Part shown: piece by piece, positions 53,537 through 64,000 of the stretch
How positions within the stretch are numbered: position 1 is the first letter of the stretch
Layout of the letters: the number at the start of each line of letters is the position of its first letter
From: an uncultured delta proteobacterium
GTDB lineage: Bacteria; Desulfobacterota; Binatia; UBA9968
Direction: 5' to 3'
Length of the DNA stretch: 64,000 nt
Assembly: GCA_963771465.1 (NCBI GenBank)
Contig: CAVYTU010000015.1
Span: 512,001 to 576,000, forward strand
Translations under genes and position numbers: made by a program
The notes under the pieces: model-generated
What the model was told of the DNA's origin: nothing
Databases searched by the model: none
The model's input: only the letters and a program-made list of their open reading frames with translations

Positions 53537-55657
53537 ATGCGCATGTTGTTAAGCAATGACCAGAATATATTGCTTAATCGCGACCTGGCATGGCTCGAAT
53601 TCAATCGGCGTGTTTTACACGAAGCTAAAGATTCCGCCGTTCCAATCCTGGAACGCGTTAAGTTCCTCGCCATTTTCAGCTCAAATCTTGATGAATTTTT
53701 CATGGTTCGAGTTGCCGGCTTGAAACGCCAGGTCTACACGCAACAACTGAGTCCCGCTGCTAATAGCACCGACGTCGCTTCAATACTAAACGCGATTTCC
53801 CGAAGAGTTCATGAACTAACGGACGAGCAACATCTCTGTTTTCTCGACACTATCCTCCCAGAGCTCACACGAGAAGGCATCCATTTCGTGCGCCCAGATG
53901 AAATGACTGGTGATCAGGAACAATGTCTAGAAGAGTTCTTTCACAAGAAACTTTATCCGATTGTAACTCCTTTGGCGGTGGATCCCGGCCATCCGTTTCC
54001 ATATCTGACCAACAGATCCCTTTCATTGATCGTTTCACTCCGATCGAAAGGTTCTTCACCCTTGCCCTACACTGAGCTTTCCATCGTCAATATTCCGGCT
54101 CAAGTCGTCCCGCGCTTTCTCCAGCTTCCGACCAAGGAAGGACAGTATGCGTTCATGCTGCTCGAACATGTCTTACGTCATTATTTACCGCGCCTCTATC
54201 AGGGTTTCGATATCCTTTCGGCGCACGCCATTCGAGTTACCCGTGACGCCGAGTTCGGTCTTGTGCGGCGGCGTGACGAGGACTTGCTGATAAGCATTGA
54301 AAATGGAATCAGAGAACGACGCAAGGGTGATGCGGTACGGTTACAGTACGATCCAGATCTACCCAAAGAATTGTTGACCGAATTAGTCGAGGAACTGGAA
54401 CTTAGCGTGGAGGATCTCTATCCCGGAAAAGGTTTTACCGCTTTTACCGATCTCTTTCAGCTTTACGGCGCCGTGCATACGCCTCGATTGCGAGATCGAA
54501 TTCAAACTCCGATAAAGACGTCTTTGTTCGAGCGAGGACTCGATATCTGGAATACTATTCGGAGCGGCGACTTAATGTTCTTTCATCCATACCATTCGTT
54601 CGACGTCGTCACACACTTCGTAGAGGCGGCTGCCAAGGATCCCAAGGTCCTAGCGATTAAAATGACTCTATATCGTGTAAGCCCCCATTCACCCATTGTG
54701 CACGCCCTAGCGTATGCGGCTGAGGCGGGCAAAGAGGTATCGGTCTTGGTCGAGCTCCAGGCACGTTTTGATGAAGAGGCGAACATTATCTGGGCTAGAG
54801 CACTCGAAGAAGTAGGAGCTCATGTGGTCTATGGATTGGTCGGCTACAAAACCCACTGCAAAATATGCCTCGTAGTCCGTCAGGAAACAGACGGAATTCG
54901 GCGTTATTGCCATCTCTCAACGGGCAACTACAACGCCCGCACTGCGGAAATCTATAGCGATCTCGGAATCTTCACTTGTCGAGAAACCTTTGGCGAAGAC
55001 TTAACCGAGCTTTTTAACCTCCTGACGGGATACACAAGACCCCAAAAGTTTCATCATCTAGCTCTGGCACCTATCGGCTTACGGAATCATTTTATCGCTC
55101 TGATTAACAAAGAAACTGAGAACGCCCGCGCCGGTAAGGAAGCGCGGATCATTGCGAAGGTTAATAGTCTCGTCGACGAGGCCGTCATTGAACAGATCTA
55201 TCTGGCGAGCAAAGCCGGTGTGAAAATCGATCTTATCGTGCGCGGCATGTGCACTCTCCGTCCGGGCATACCGGCGATGTCGGAAAATATTCGCGTGCTT
55301 TCGATTATCGACCGGTATCTTGAACACGCGCGAGCGTTCTATTTTCATAACGGCGGAGATCCGACCTTCTGGCTCGCGTCGGCAGATTGGATGCCGCGAA
55401 ACTTCGAAAGGCGCATCGAAATCGCTTTTCCCGTCGTGGAACCCGCGCTGCAACTCAGATTAAAGGAAATCCTGGAACTGCAACTCGCTGACAACGTAAA
55501 AGGCTGGTGGATGCAAGCAGATGGCAGCTACATCCGCGGGCCCAACGAAAAAAGAACCATAAGATTTCAAGAGCGGCATTACGAGAAGTTACAGGCCGAA
55601 GTCGGCTCATCAAGCTTCAAAAGCACAACGCCATTGAGCACTGCTTTAATGTCATAG
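53537..55657 (+). CDS. ppk1: Polyphosphate kinase 1
   Basis: NRDLAWLEFNRRV, NLDEFFMVRVAGL, HPYHSF, ELQARFDE, KTHCK, STGNYN, RYLEH, SADWM.RN. Confidence 0.96.
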   Translation: MRMLLSNDQNILLNRDLAWLEFNRRVLHEAKDSAVPILERVKFLAIFSSNLDEFFMVRVAGLKRQVYTQQLSPAANSTDVASILNAISRRVHELTDEQHLCFLDTILPELTREGIHFVRPDEMTGDQEQCLEEFFHKKLYPIVTPLAVDPGHPFPYLTNRSLSLIVSLRSKGSSPLPYTELSIVNIPAQVVPRFLQLPTKEGQYAFMLLEHVLRHYLPRLYQGFDILSAHAIRVTRDAEFGLVRRRDEDLLISIENGIRERRKGDAVRLQYDPDLPKELLTELVEELELSVEDLYPGKGFTAFTDLFQLYGAVHTPRLRDRIQTPIKTSLFERGLDIWNTIRSGDLMFFHPYHSFDVVTHFVEAAAKDPKVLAIKMTLYRVSPHSPIVHALAYAAEAGKEVSVLVELQARFDEEANIIWARALEEVGAHVVYGLVGYKTHCKICLVVRQETDGIRRYCHLSTGNYNARTAEIYSDLGIFTCRETFGEDLTELFNLLTGYTRPQKFHHLALAPIGLRNHFIALINKETENARAGKEARIIAKVNSLVDEAVIEQIYLASKAGVKIDLIVRGMCTLRPGIPAMSENIRVLSIIDRYLEHARAFYFHNGGDPTFWLASADWMPRNFERRIEIAFPVVEPALQLRLKEILELQLADNVKGWWMQADGSYIRGPNEKRTIRFQERHYEKLQAEVGSSSFKSTTPLSTALMS

Positions 55658-55716
55658 CAAGTAGTCGCATTAAAATCATAATTACCATCCATCCGCGCGA
55701 AGGTGAGAAGACGCCC

Positions 55717-56682
55717 ATTAAAATCACATTGATCCATAACCCCGCCGCCGGCGATGGTTCACACCCATCGGGTGACCGAATTGTCGAAATGATTGAGTCC
55801 GCCGGGCACAAGATTAAATATCACTCTATAAAAGAGAAGGATTGGAAAAAAGCGCTTAAGAAATCTTGCGATATCATCGCCATCGCGGGCGGTGATGGTA
55901 CCGTCGGTAAGGTCGCCCGCCGGCTCGTCGGCAGCACCACCCCTGTCGCAATCTTACCTATGGGCACGGCCAATAATATCGGCCACGCCTTAGGGCTGAC
56001 AGGCAGAGCGCTAGAATCTTTGATCACGGAATGGGAAACGGCGCGTCGTTTAAACTTCGACATTGGCGAAGCTGAGGGTCCGTGGGGATCGCAGTACTTT
56101 GTCGAGGGGGTCGGAATCGGTTTATTTGCTGCGACGATTTTGAGCATTGAAGAACGAAACGATCCAGCACTTGCGGCTGCGGTCGGTCGCGAAGATGAAA
56201 TCACGCGGGTCCTCGAGATATTTAAAGAGCAGGTACGAAAACATCGACCCAAAAAGATAAACGTCCTTTTAGATGACGAAGACCTTTCGGACGATTACGT
56301 TCTAATACAGGCATTGAATATTCGATATGCTGGGCCCAACCTTGATCTAGCGCCTGGCGCGGATACGAACGACGGACTGCTCGACGTAGTTTTGCTTCGC
56401 CGCGGCGAGGAAGACAAGTTGAGCAGATATCTCAGCCATTGCATAAACCGCAAACGCGTAAAAGCAAATCTAACTGTCCATCGTGGTCGACATTTACAAA
56501 TTGAGTCGAACGGATGTCCCATTCACATCGATGATAAAGCGTGGCCCGTAGAGAATGACAGACACCAAACTCGGCCGAAGCCAATTAATATCAAGGTCGC
56601 GCCTCATTCCGTCTTATTTATCTGCCCTCAGAGGACAAGGCGGCGCCCGCAACGTCCGCGAGTCGTTACGCGGGAAAAATAA
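55717..56682 (+). CDS. Diacylglycerol kinase (DAGK/YegS) family protein
   Basis: IHNPAAG, GGDGTV, LPMGTANN, DGLLDV; start uncertain (in-frame ATT at 55717). Confidence 0.85.
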   Translation: MKITLIHNPAAGDGSHPSGDRIVEMIESAGHKIKYHSIKEKDWKKALKKSCDIIAIAGGDGTVGKVARRLVGSTTPVAILPMGTANNIGHALGLTGRALESLITEWETARRLNFDIGEAEGPWGSQYFVEGVGIGLFAATILSIEERNDPALAAAVGREDEITRVLEIFKEQVRKHRPKKINVLLDDEDLSDDYVLIQALNIRYAGPNLDLAPGADTNDGLLDVVLLRRGEEDKLSRYLSHCINRKRVKANLTVHRGRHLQIESNGCPIHIDDKAWPVENDRHQTRPKPINIKVAPHSVLFICPQRTRRRPQRPRVVTREK

Positions 56683-56795
56683 GCGTTGGACGCGTTACAC
56701 GTGAAAAGATTTACCCGCAGGCACGCTTAGAAAATCACTGGAGAGCTTAATAAATTCTGGCGTAATATCTCCCAACAGTGTGCGTTCGTGATTCT

Positions 56796-57791
56796 ATGAA
56801 GCAACGGTGGTCTTGGCAATTCGTGAAAGATGTAGTTTCTCAGTGGATTGAAGACCAGCCATTCCAGCTCGCGGCTGCCTTATCGTATTACACGCTATTT
56901 TCGCTCGCGCCTCTATTGATCATCGCGATATCGGTCGCCGCCCTCGCCTTTGGCCGGGAAGCCGCACAAAACCAGATTGTTGAAACCATCCAAGGAATGA
57001 TCGGCAAAGAGAGTGCGCAAGCGATTCAGGAAATGATTCAACATGCCGGCAATAAAACGACAACCGGAATTATCTCGACGGTCGTGGGTATCATTGCTCT
57101 GCTCTTCGGCGCGGGAGGTGTGGTGGGACAGCTACAGACTTCTCTTAACACGATCTGGGGAGTCGTGGCCAAATCCGGCCAAGGAGTCTGGGGGTTCATT
57201 CGGCAGCGTTTTGTCTCTTTCGCCATGGTTCTGGCGATCGGGTTTCTTCTGTTAGTATCTCTCGTAATCACTGCTTTAGTGACTGGGTTAACAAAGTACG
57301 CGGGCAATTTGATCGGCGGAGCTGCCTTGGTCGCTCATGCAGTCGATATCCTGCTGTCGTTCACATTTGTAACGATTCTGTTTGCGCTGATTTATAAATT
57401 TCTTCCCGATGTACGGATTCAATGGAAAGACGTTGCGGTTGGGGCGGCGCTGACTTCGTTTCTCTTCACGATAGGAAAATTTTTCATAGGGCTTTACTTA
57501 GGAAGTAGCGGGGTTACTTCTGCTTACGGCGCTGCTGGATCGCTGATTACGGTGCTCTTGTGGGTCTATTACTCGGCGCTAATATTTTTCCTCGGCGCTG
57601 AGTTCACTCAAGTCTATGCGAGCCAATATGGATCGGGAGTTGTTCCCGCGAAGAATGCGGAAAGTATCGCCAATGCTAGACCGGAGGAAAAACGAGCATC
57701 GCCTCCGCCTGCGAGTCGAAGCGGAAGCCAAGCCCAACCCCGTCCTATCAGGGATCAAAGCCAAGAGAAATTCCGCAGAGGCGGCCGATAA
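56796..57791 (+). CDS. YihY/BrkB-family membrane protein
   Basis: AAALSYYTLFSLAP, LNTIW, YKFLPD, YGAAGSL..LLWVYY...GAE. Confidence 0.92.
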   Translation: MKQRWSWQFVKDVVSQWIEDQPFQLAAALSYYTLFSLAPLLIIAISVAALAFGREAAQNQIVETIQGMIGKESAQAIQEMIQHAGNKTTTGIISTVVGIIALLFGAGGVVGQLQTSLNTIWGVVAKSGQGVWGFIRQRFVSFAMVLAIGFLLLVSLVITALVTGLTKYAGNLIGGAALVAHAVDILLSFTFVTILFALIYKFLPDVRIQWKDVAVGAALTSFLFTIGKFFIGLYLGSSGVTSAYGAAGSLITVLLWVYYSALIFFLGAEFTQVYASQYGSGVVPAKNAESIANARPEEKRASPPPASRSGSQAQPRPIRDQSQEKFRRGGR

Positions 57792-57795
57792 CCCA

Positions 57796-58254
57796 CTATG
57801 GACGATTGATGGATTGAGCGCTATTGCCCTCGACTTGTCGCTTCGGTTCCAGCAAGTGTTTGGTCATCGCCCACAGCGTGCTGGCAACCGCCCTAAAAAA
57901 AGCCTGTCCCTTGATCGTGGCAAGTTCGTTCTTGACCTGACTTTTTACTGCGCTCCCAATAGTTTGCTGGGGCAGTGCACACGTGGACGGAGCGCCTGGC
58001 GGATCAGCGGTTATGTCTGGCACATTTCCTTGGCGTCCGAGTACATAACCCACCAGGAGTGCCCCGCCCATGATTACCCACGGCCGCTGCTTCACTTGAG
58101 AACGAAGATCGAAAGTGTCTTTTACCCCCTCGACGGCCTCCTCGACGCGGTGATCCAACATCGCCAGCTTCTTTGCCATTGCCGATCGTGTGTTCGCGAT
58201 ATCTTGACGGCCTTTTTTTATCTCTTGTCGGATGTCGTCGGATTCGTCAGCCAT
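57796..58254 (-). CDS. DUF3618/ElaB-like membrane-anchored protein
   Basis: DIANTRSAM..KL..L, then RPW..MGGALLVGYVLG. Confidence 0.7.
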   Translation of the reverse strand: MADESDDIRQEIKKGRQDIANTRSAMAKKLAMLDHRVEEAVEGVKDTFDLRSQVKQRPWVIMGGALLVGYVLGRQGNVPDITADPPGAPSTCALPQQTIGSAVKSQVKNELATIKGQAFFRAVASTLWAMTKHLLEPKRQVEGNSAQSINRP

Positions 58255-58637
58255 TGCGCAGTCTCCTTCATCCTCGCCACGGTCGGCTCAGGTACCACAT
58301 CGACTGCCTCAGCCTTTGTTTTGCCCTTAGCGAATAGTCCCCCGCCCAGGACGACAAGCAGTCCCCCAACGATACCGTAACAGCCCCAGAGCGGAACCGT
58401 TGTGAAGGCGTCCAGTGCGTGGACCAGCATGAGCATCAGCAATATTCCACCCATAGCCATAGTCCCGATGCCAATGCCTAGGGCGATCGCCGCGCTCTTT
58501 GCTTTGTATAGCTCGTACTTCACCTCGAGCTTTGTCAGCGTCATTTCCTGGCGCAGTAACTCTGTGGCGTCGTTGGCGATACCGCCCAACAACGATACGA
58601 AGCTCGGTTCTGCGGCCGGTGGCGATCCGGTGTCCAT
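58218..58637 (-). CDS. YqjE-like (holin superfamily III) membrane protein
   Basis: LLRQEMTLTKLE, two TM helices, PEPTVARMKE...W. Confidence 0.8.
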   Translation of the reverse strand: MDTGSPPAAEPSFVSLLGGIANDATELLRQEMTLTKLEVKYELYKAKSAAIALGIGIGTMAMGGILLMLMLVHALDAFTTVPLWGCYGIVGGLLVVLGGGLFAKGKTKAEAVDVVPEPTVARMKETAQWLTNPTTSDKR

Positions 58638-58640
58638 GCT

Positions 58641-59171
58641 TTACCTCGCACGCCGGGCGAGCAAATAGCCAAGACCAACACCAATCAGTATAAATTGGAT
58701 CGGGTAAGTGCGGACTAGGGCGGTGACGTCTTTTGCCAGATGTTCAAATTTTTTCTCGCGTAGGTAAAAGCTTGTCGATTCCAACCCATCAACTACCGCT
58801 GTTGCCGCTGTAGCCACCGTGCCTTCGCGCGGCGCCTTTTCCCTGATAACGTTTGCCAGCGAGCCGATCTTCTCACCAACGACTGTGGCCGCTTCGTTCG
58901 CCTTGTTCGCGGCCGTTGCACCCAGCTCTTGCGCCTTGGCCGTAAGATTGCCGATGGCCCCGCCCGTTTTATCGTTAAATTCTTTTAAGCGCTGCTCCAC
59001 CTCATACACGGCATGATCGCGAGCATATCCGTATCTCTCCTGCACTAATCCAATCAGCTTGTCTTTATGACCGCCGATTAAGTCCAGCTCATCATCGGTG
59101 AGTCTGCCCCACCACGATTTCAGGTCGCCGCGCATTTGCTTCCACTGCCCTGCAGAAATTTCTTCGTTCAT
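58641..59171 (-). CDS. CsbD domain fused to DUF883/ElaB-like C-terminus
   Basis: GQWKQMRG..K.WWGRLTDDEL...G.VQERYG; VRTYP...IGVGLGYLLAR. Confidence 0.88.
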   Translation of the reverse strand: MNEEISAGQWKQMRGDLKSWWGRLTDDELDLIGGHKDKLIGLVQERYGYARDHAVYEVEQRLKEFNDKTGGAIGNLTAKAQELGATAANKANEAATVVGEKIGSLANVIREKAPREGTVATAATAVVDGLESTSFYLREKKFEHLAKDVTALVRTYPIQFILIGVGLGYLLARRAR

Positions 59172-59241
59172 GAGCTTGTCTCCTTATTATTTCGTTGATT
59201 AGTTGCGATTTCTTGAACAAAACCAATTACGGATACGTAAC

Positions 59242-59256
59242 GCAAAACTAGCGCCA
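59242..59256 (-). promoter_or_regulatory. Sigma-54 promoter of the csbD operon
   Basis: TGGCGCTAGTTTTGC. Confidence 0.7.
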
Positions 59257-59354
59257 TTAACTAGCTATGAGAAATCGTAGGGATTAAGACGCTGCAACAG
59301 AACTAATGTCCCGAAATCAAGAAACCATTTTCTGAAGCGTCCCGAGAAAGAGAT

Positions 59355-59678
59355 GTCGCCAAACGCGGTTTTACAGCTTAAGAGCCTGGACGACGCAGCG
59401 GCGCTTGGATGAGAGACAAACCGCTGCCAGGAGTTCGTCATCGGCGGCTATACCCTGGCAATCCGTTCGATGCACTGATCGTAGGTAAGGTCCTACTTGA
59501 AAAGCGACGAACGACGCGGGCGCCGACTGCGGATGAGATGAAAGAGTGGCGGTGGCTGAAGCCGGAGCTTGTCGCTCAGATCGAGTTCACGAAATCGACG
59601 CCGGACACGCATTTGAGGTACGCTAGTTTTGCTGCGTTGCGAAAGGATAAAGAGGCGCGGGAAATCGTTCGGGAATAA
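59355..59678 (+). pseudogene. C-terminal remnant of an ATP-dependent (LigC/LigD-type) DNA ligase
   Basis: EPGRRSGAW, QEFVIGGY, FDALIVG, WLKPELVAQIEF, HLR.ASF..LR.DK in broken frames. Confidence 0.8.
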
Positions 59679-60038
59679 TTAATTTGATTTGCATATGAGC
59701 CCGTCAACTGCCGCTAGAAACGCCGGTGCATCAATAGGCTTAGGAATAAATTTCACTCCACTCCATCCGGAAATGACTTCGGCTATCTCCTCTGAAAGGT
59801 ATGCCGATATTAAGAGTATTGGCATATCTGGCCACTTTTGCCGAATGTGCGCAATAAGCTGAAAGCCGCTCACATTGGGCATGACAAAATCGGTGATCAC
59901 AAGCTCCAAATGAACGCTATCGAGAATTTTTAGTGCTTCGTTGGCGTCGGCCGCTTCCATGACTTCGTGTCCATGAAGTCGAATGATCTTGGCGAAGGCT
60001 TGTCGGCTTCCTGCGTTATCATCGACGAATAGAATCAT
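59679..60038 (-). CDS. Stand-alone response regulator receiver
   Basis: ILFVDD, LVITDFVMP..SG, LISA, FIPKP. Confidence 0.88.
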   Translation of the reverse strand: MILFVDDNAGSRQAFAKIIRLHGHEVMEAADANEALKILDSVHLELVITDFVMPNVSGFQLIAHIRQKWPDMPILLISAYLSEEIAEVISGWSGVKFIPKPIDAPAFLAAVDGLICKSN

Positions 60039-60444
60039 TAGTTAACCTCGTGGACTTGTGCATGCTCTTCGCATCGCAAGTAGTCTAATGGATACATGCT
60101 TGATGCCAAAAACCTTCCCTCCAAACTAACGATAGCATTGCGTCTGCCAGGAGAGGGCGGTGTGAATACGACCCCGACGCTCCAGTTCGTTCGATGTGGA
60201 AGCAGCTGGGCAATGGACAACACGGGCGGAGTATCGGCCATCGGCCATCAACAATGACAAAATGGTTGACACATTGTCACATCACTCGTTGCCAAAGCTG
60301 GCGTCCACAATAACCCAATTGACCGTTAGTTCTTCTCGCCACATGCCGACGTTCGGTAATTTGGCGGAATTTTTAAGACAATTCAAACTCGGATTGCGAC
60401 ATTTCTACCCCGAGCCAGTCCAGACGACGATATAGGTTCCGAGC

Positions 60445-60459
60445 TGGCACCTCTTGTGC
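60445..60459 (+). promoter_or_regulatory. Sigma-54 promoter
   Basis: TGGCACCTCTTGTGC, about 70 bp upstream of 60527. Confidence 0.6.
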
Positions 60460-60526
60460 TTCTGCTTTTGGTCGGGCGCACGAATAAGAACGAGTAATCG
60501 TACTATTCGTAAAGGAATTTTTATTA

Positions 60527-61027
60527 ATGTCCACGAGTTTTTGCTCAGAAGCCTTACGCATCATCGGCCATGATCTAGACCTACGGGGTATCAAAACCTT
60601 TTTTCTACGTTGTGACGCTGACTTCTTTGTTGTCGAGGGTGGTTATCAATCACCCCCGGCAGTCACCCCTGTAAGTTTGCACTATGCCTCAGTCGATCTC
60701 GAGCATCTCGAGCGCAAGGAACGAGAGAGAAACGATCATCTTTCGGCGCTTAAGGATTTTTTAAGCTTGTCACAAATACTGTGGACGATCGGGACTTACG
60801 TGACTGTTAAAGGGTCTCGCTTATTTAGCGTTTGCAACAATTTATCGACCGAGACGATGCCTATCATCAAGATGGACTACGAGACGGATCAGGGCGACCG
60901 AGTCGTTGAGAATCTCACGGGCTCTGCCATTTACGAGCTAAGTGTTAGCCTTTATAAGCTGAGACGAACATCAGATATTAATAACATACGCTATCGTCGT
61001 TTCAGCGGCCTGCTGGAGAGTAATTAG
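60527..61027 (+). CDS. Hypothetical protein with internal repeat (paralog of 46446-46931)
   Basis: ALRIIGHDLD and ILWTIGTYVT repeats; Y.T..GD motif. Confidence 0.7.
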   Translation: MSTSFCSEALRIIGHDLDLRGIKTFFLRCDADFFVVEGGYQSPPAVTPVSLHYASVDLEHLERKERERNDHLSALKDFLSLSQILWTIGTYVTVKGSRLFSVCNNLSTETMPIIKMDYETDQGDRVVENLTGSAIYELSVSLYKLRRTSDINNIRYRRFSGLLESN

Positions 61028-61117
61028 GCCGGCACACCCTTTTGGTAAATGAGATTTCTTTTCGTGCTGACAGTTCTGGCAAATTCTCCATCCAGACGCT
61101 CCGACCACTCCCGAGGA

Positions 61118-61417
61118 TTAGCGACGCGACGGCCTACAGCCATCTGCGATTGAGTCAGTAGCACTCCCGTAACATTTCTCCGGTTTTGTTTTCTCATAGA
61201 ACTCGCCGCCCGGTGAATGGAATATACAACGATCGCCGCTAGATGCAGTGAAGTTGCCTTTAATCGGGTGACTCGTCGGGCATTGATCTGCGCTCAGCGG
61301 AGCAGCGATTCCGAATTCTTGTTCGATCTGTCGGGAAGATGCTGCCTCACTCGTCCAGTGTCTGCTTAACCCCGCCGCAGCCGAAAATAATAAGAAACTA
61401 GCTAAGAACCATTTCAT
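61118..61417 (-). CDS. Small secreted Cys-containing protein (nuclease-associated IKGN...H.PG domain)
   Basis: Signal peptide; CP..HPIKGN...CIFHSPGG.FY.KT.PE.C...GCR. Confidence 0.65.
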   Translation of the reverse strand: MKWFLASFLLFSAAAGLSRHWTSEAASSRQIEQEFGIAAPLSADQCPTSHPIKGNFTASSGDRCIFHSPGGEFYEKTKPEKCYGSATDSIADGCRPSRR

Positions 61418-61446
61418 ACGACATCTACCTTTCGCTCCTGTAGTTA

Positions 61447-61461
61447 GCGAAAGGCATGCCG
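61447..61461 (-). promoter_or_regulatory. Possible sigma-54 promoter
   Basis: CGGCATGCCTTTCGC, 30 bp upstream of the ATG at 61417. Confidence 0.5.
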
Positions 61462-61648
61462 CGTGGGAGCATTACTCTGACTTCTCGAAAGTCTTAAGGA
61501 TTCAAATTCTGATGCGTTTTTGCTGCCAGAATCTGGCATCTTGTCACGACATGGCGGCACCCTCTTGCACAACTATTTGATTTCACTACGACCGTAGGCG
61601 CGGGCGTTGCTCTATGAGAACGTGACGAAAATGATCGAAGAGGTAAAA

Positions 61649-61870
61649 ATGCAGACCGTTTCGTTCTTAGGAATCGCACTATTCTCCAGTTGGCTTTCTT
61701 TAGCACAAGCCCAGGTCTCGATTGATCCTGCTGCAAGTCGGGTTGCAACGGATGATATCCAGGAGCCAAGCTGGCACAACTCTAACGGCAGTTTCTATAA
61801 CAGATTGAATCCGGCGGACATCGTCCGTTCCGTTGAAAGACAAGCAACCCGTAATCCGATCCCTACCTAG
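61649..61870 (+). CDS. Small secreted hypothetical protein
   Basis: SD GAGG, then signal peptide MQTVSFLGIALF...AQA. Confidence 0.5.
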   Translation: MQTVSFLGIALFSSWLSLAQAQVSIDPAASRVATDDIQEPSWHNSNGSFYNRLNPADIVRSVERQATRNPIPT

Positions 61871-62130
61871 ATATTCATAAGCGACCGGGCGGCAAGATCG
61901 GAAACGGTATCGTCGATGTCGCTACAGTACTGGTCCCGTTTATAACCCTATTACGATCCATTGGAAGTGAAGGAAGTAGTTTCGCATAATGCGGGCGCAG
62001 TCGGGTTGAGTGTGATTGCTGGAAAGCCAGCCACGTAGACATTCCGCATAGCGTCCTGCTTCCGGCTGTTAAGAAGAATACAAGGTACGATGTGCCAACG
62101 TCGAGCGCCGTTACTCCTCGCAATACTCGG

Positions 62131-63660
<1,530 letters not shown>

Positions 63661-63896
63661 CTACTGGAAAGGTAATTAGTGGAGGCGGGGCAATTTAACT
63701 ATAGTCCTAAGTATTTGACTTTACTTATGATTTTAAGTTCAGATAACCTCTGCTGCCCCCACTGTTGCCCCTACAATTCGCTTGCTACGGTATGATTAAT
63801 TTTCGAGCGTCATTCGTTGTCAGCGGAGAATTTGTCTGATTGAAAGTCCAGTGTTCCGCAGTCAGACACTTAAACAACTCGCACTTCAATTTTTAT

Positions 63897-63930
63897 GATC
63901 AGTCGGTAGAGCAACTGACTACCATTCAGT
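63897..63930 (+). other. tRNA-like fragment (D-arm and anticodon arm only)
   Basis: GATCAGTCGGTAGAGCA-ACTGA-CTACCAT-TCAGT; no T-arm or acceptor stem visible. Confidence 0.45.
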
Positions 63931-64000
63931 CTTTCAAAGGCCAATTATAATTGATCACCGGCGCGCGTCGGCAGATGCTATGCACGAATAGGCGCTTTTC

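Noticed and set aside
58218-58637. Phage holin indicating a prophage
   Set aside because: It is a YqjE-like protein in the common CsbD/ElaB stress operon, and there are no phage genes in the window.

Overview
This is a 64-kb bacterial window. Gene style suggests a soil Deltaproteobacteria-like organism, possibly Ca. Binatia, but that is inference only. It is almost entirely a general-stress, desiccation and dormancy gene collection: trehalose/glycogen metabolism (treZ, glgB), NHEJ (ku, ligD), UdgX, KatE catalase, ppk1, pyruvate oxidase, ferritin-like proteins, a CsbD/YqjE/DUF3618-type trio, and YihY, CBS, SRPBCC, App1 and DAGK-family proteins. It also holds a nucleotidyltransferase-metallophosphoesterase pair and a complete alternative complex III plus caa3 oxidase operon. 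The main hidden signal is regulatory. At least 14 exact TGGCAY-N5-TTGC sigma-54 promoters and about 10 near-matches sit correctly oriented in front of most transcription units, and many have a shared imperfect palindrome (about TGTMSGRAAWWYCCTMCA) roughly 50-105 bp upstream. This points to a sigma-54/enhancer-controlled general stress regulon, where characterised bacteria use RpoS, SigB or EcfG. Several long genes are split by single-base indels, probably long-read errors. There are also gene remnants, three paralog pairs, and att-like and tRNA-like remnants at the right end. No CRISPR, rRNA, intact tRNA or transposase was seen.
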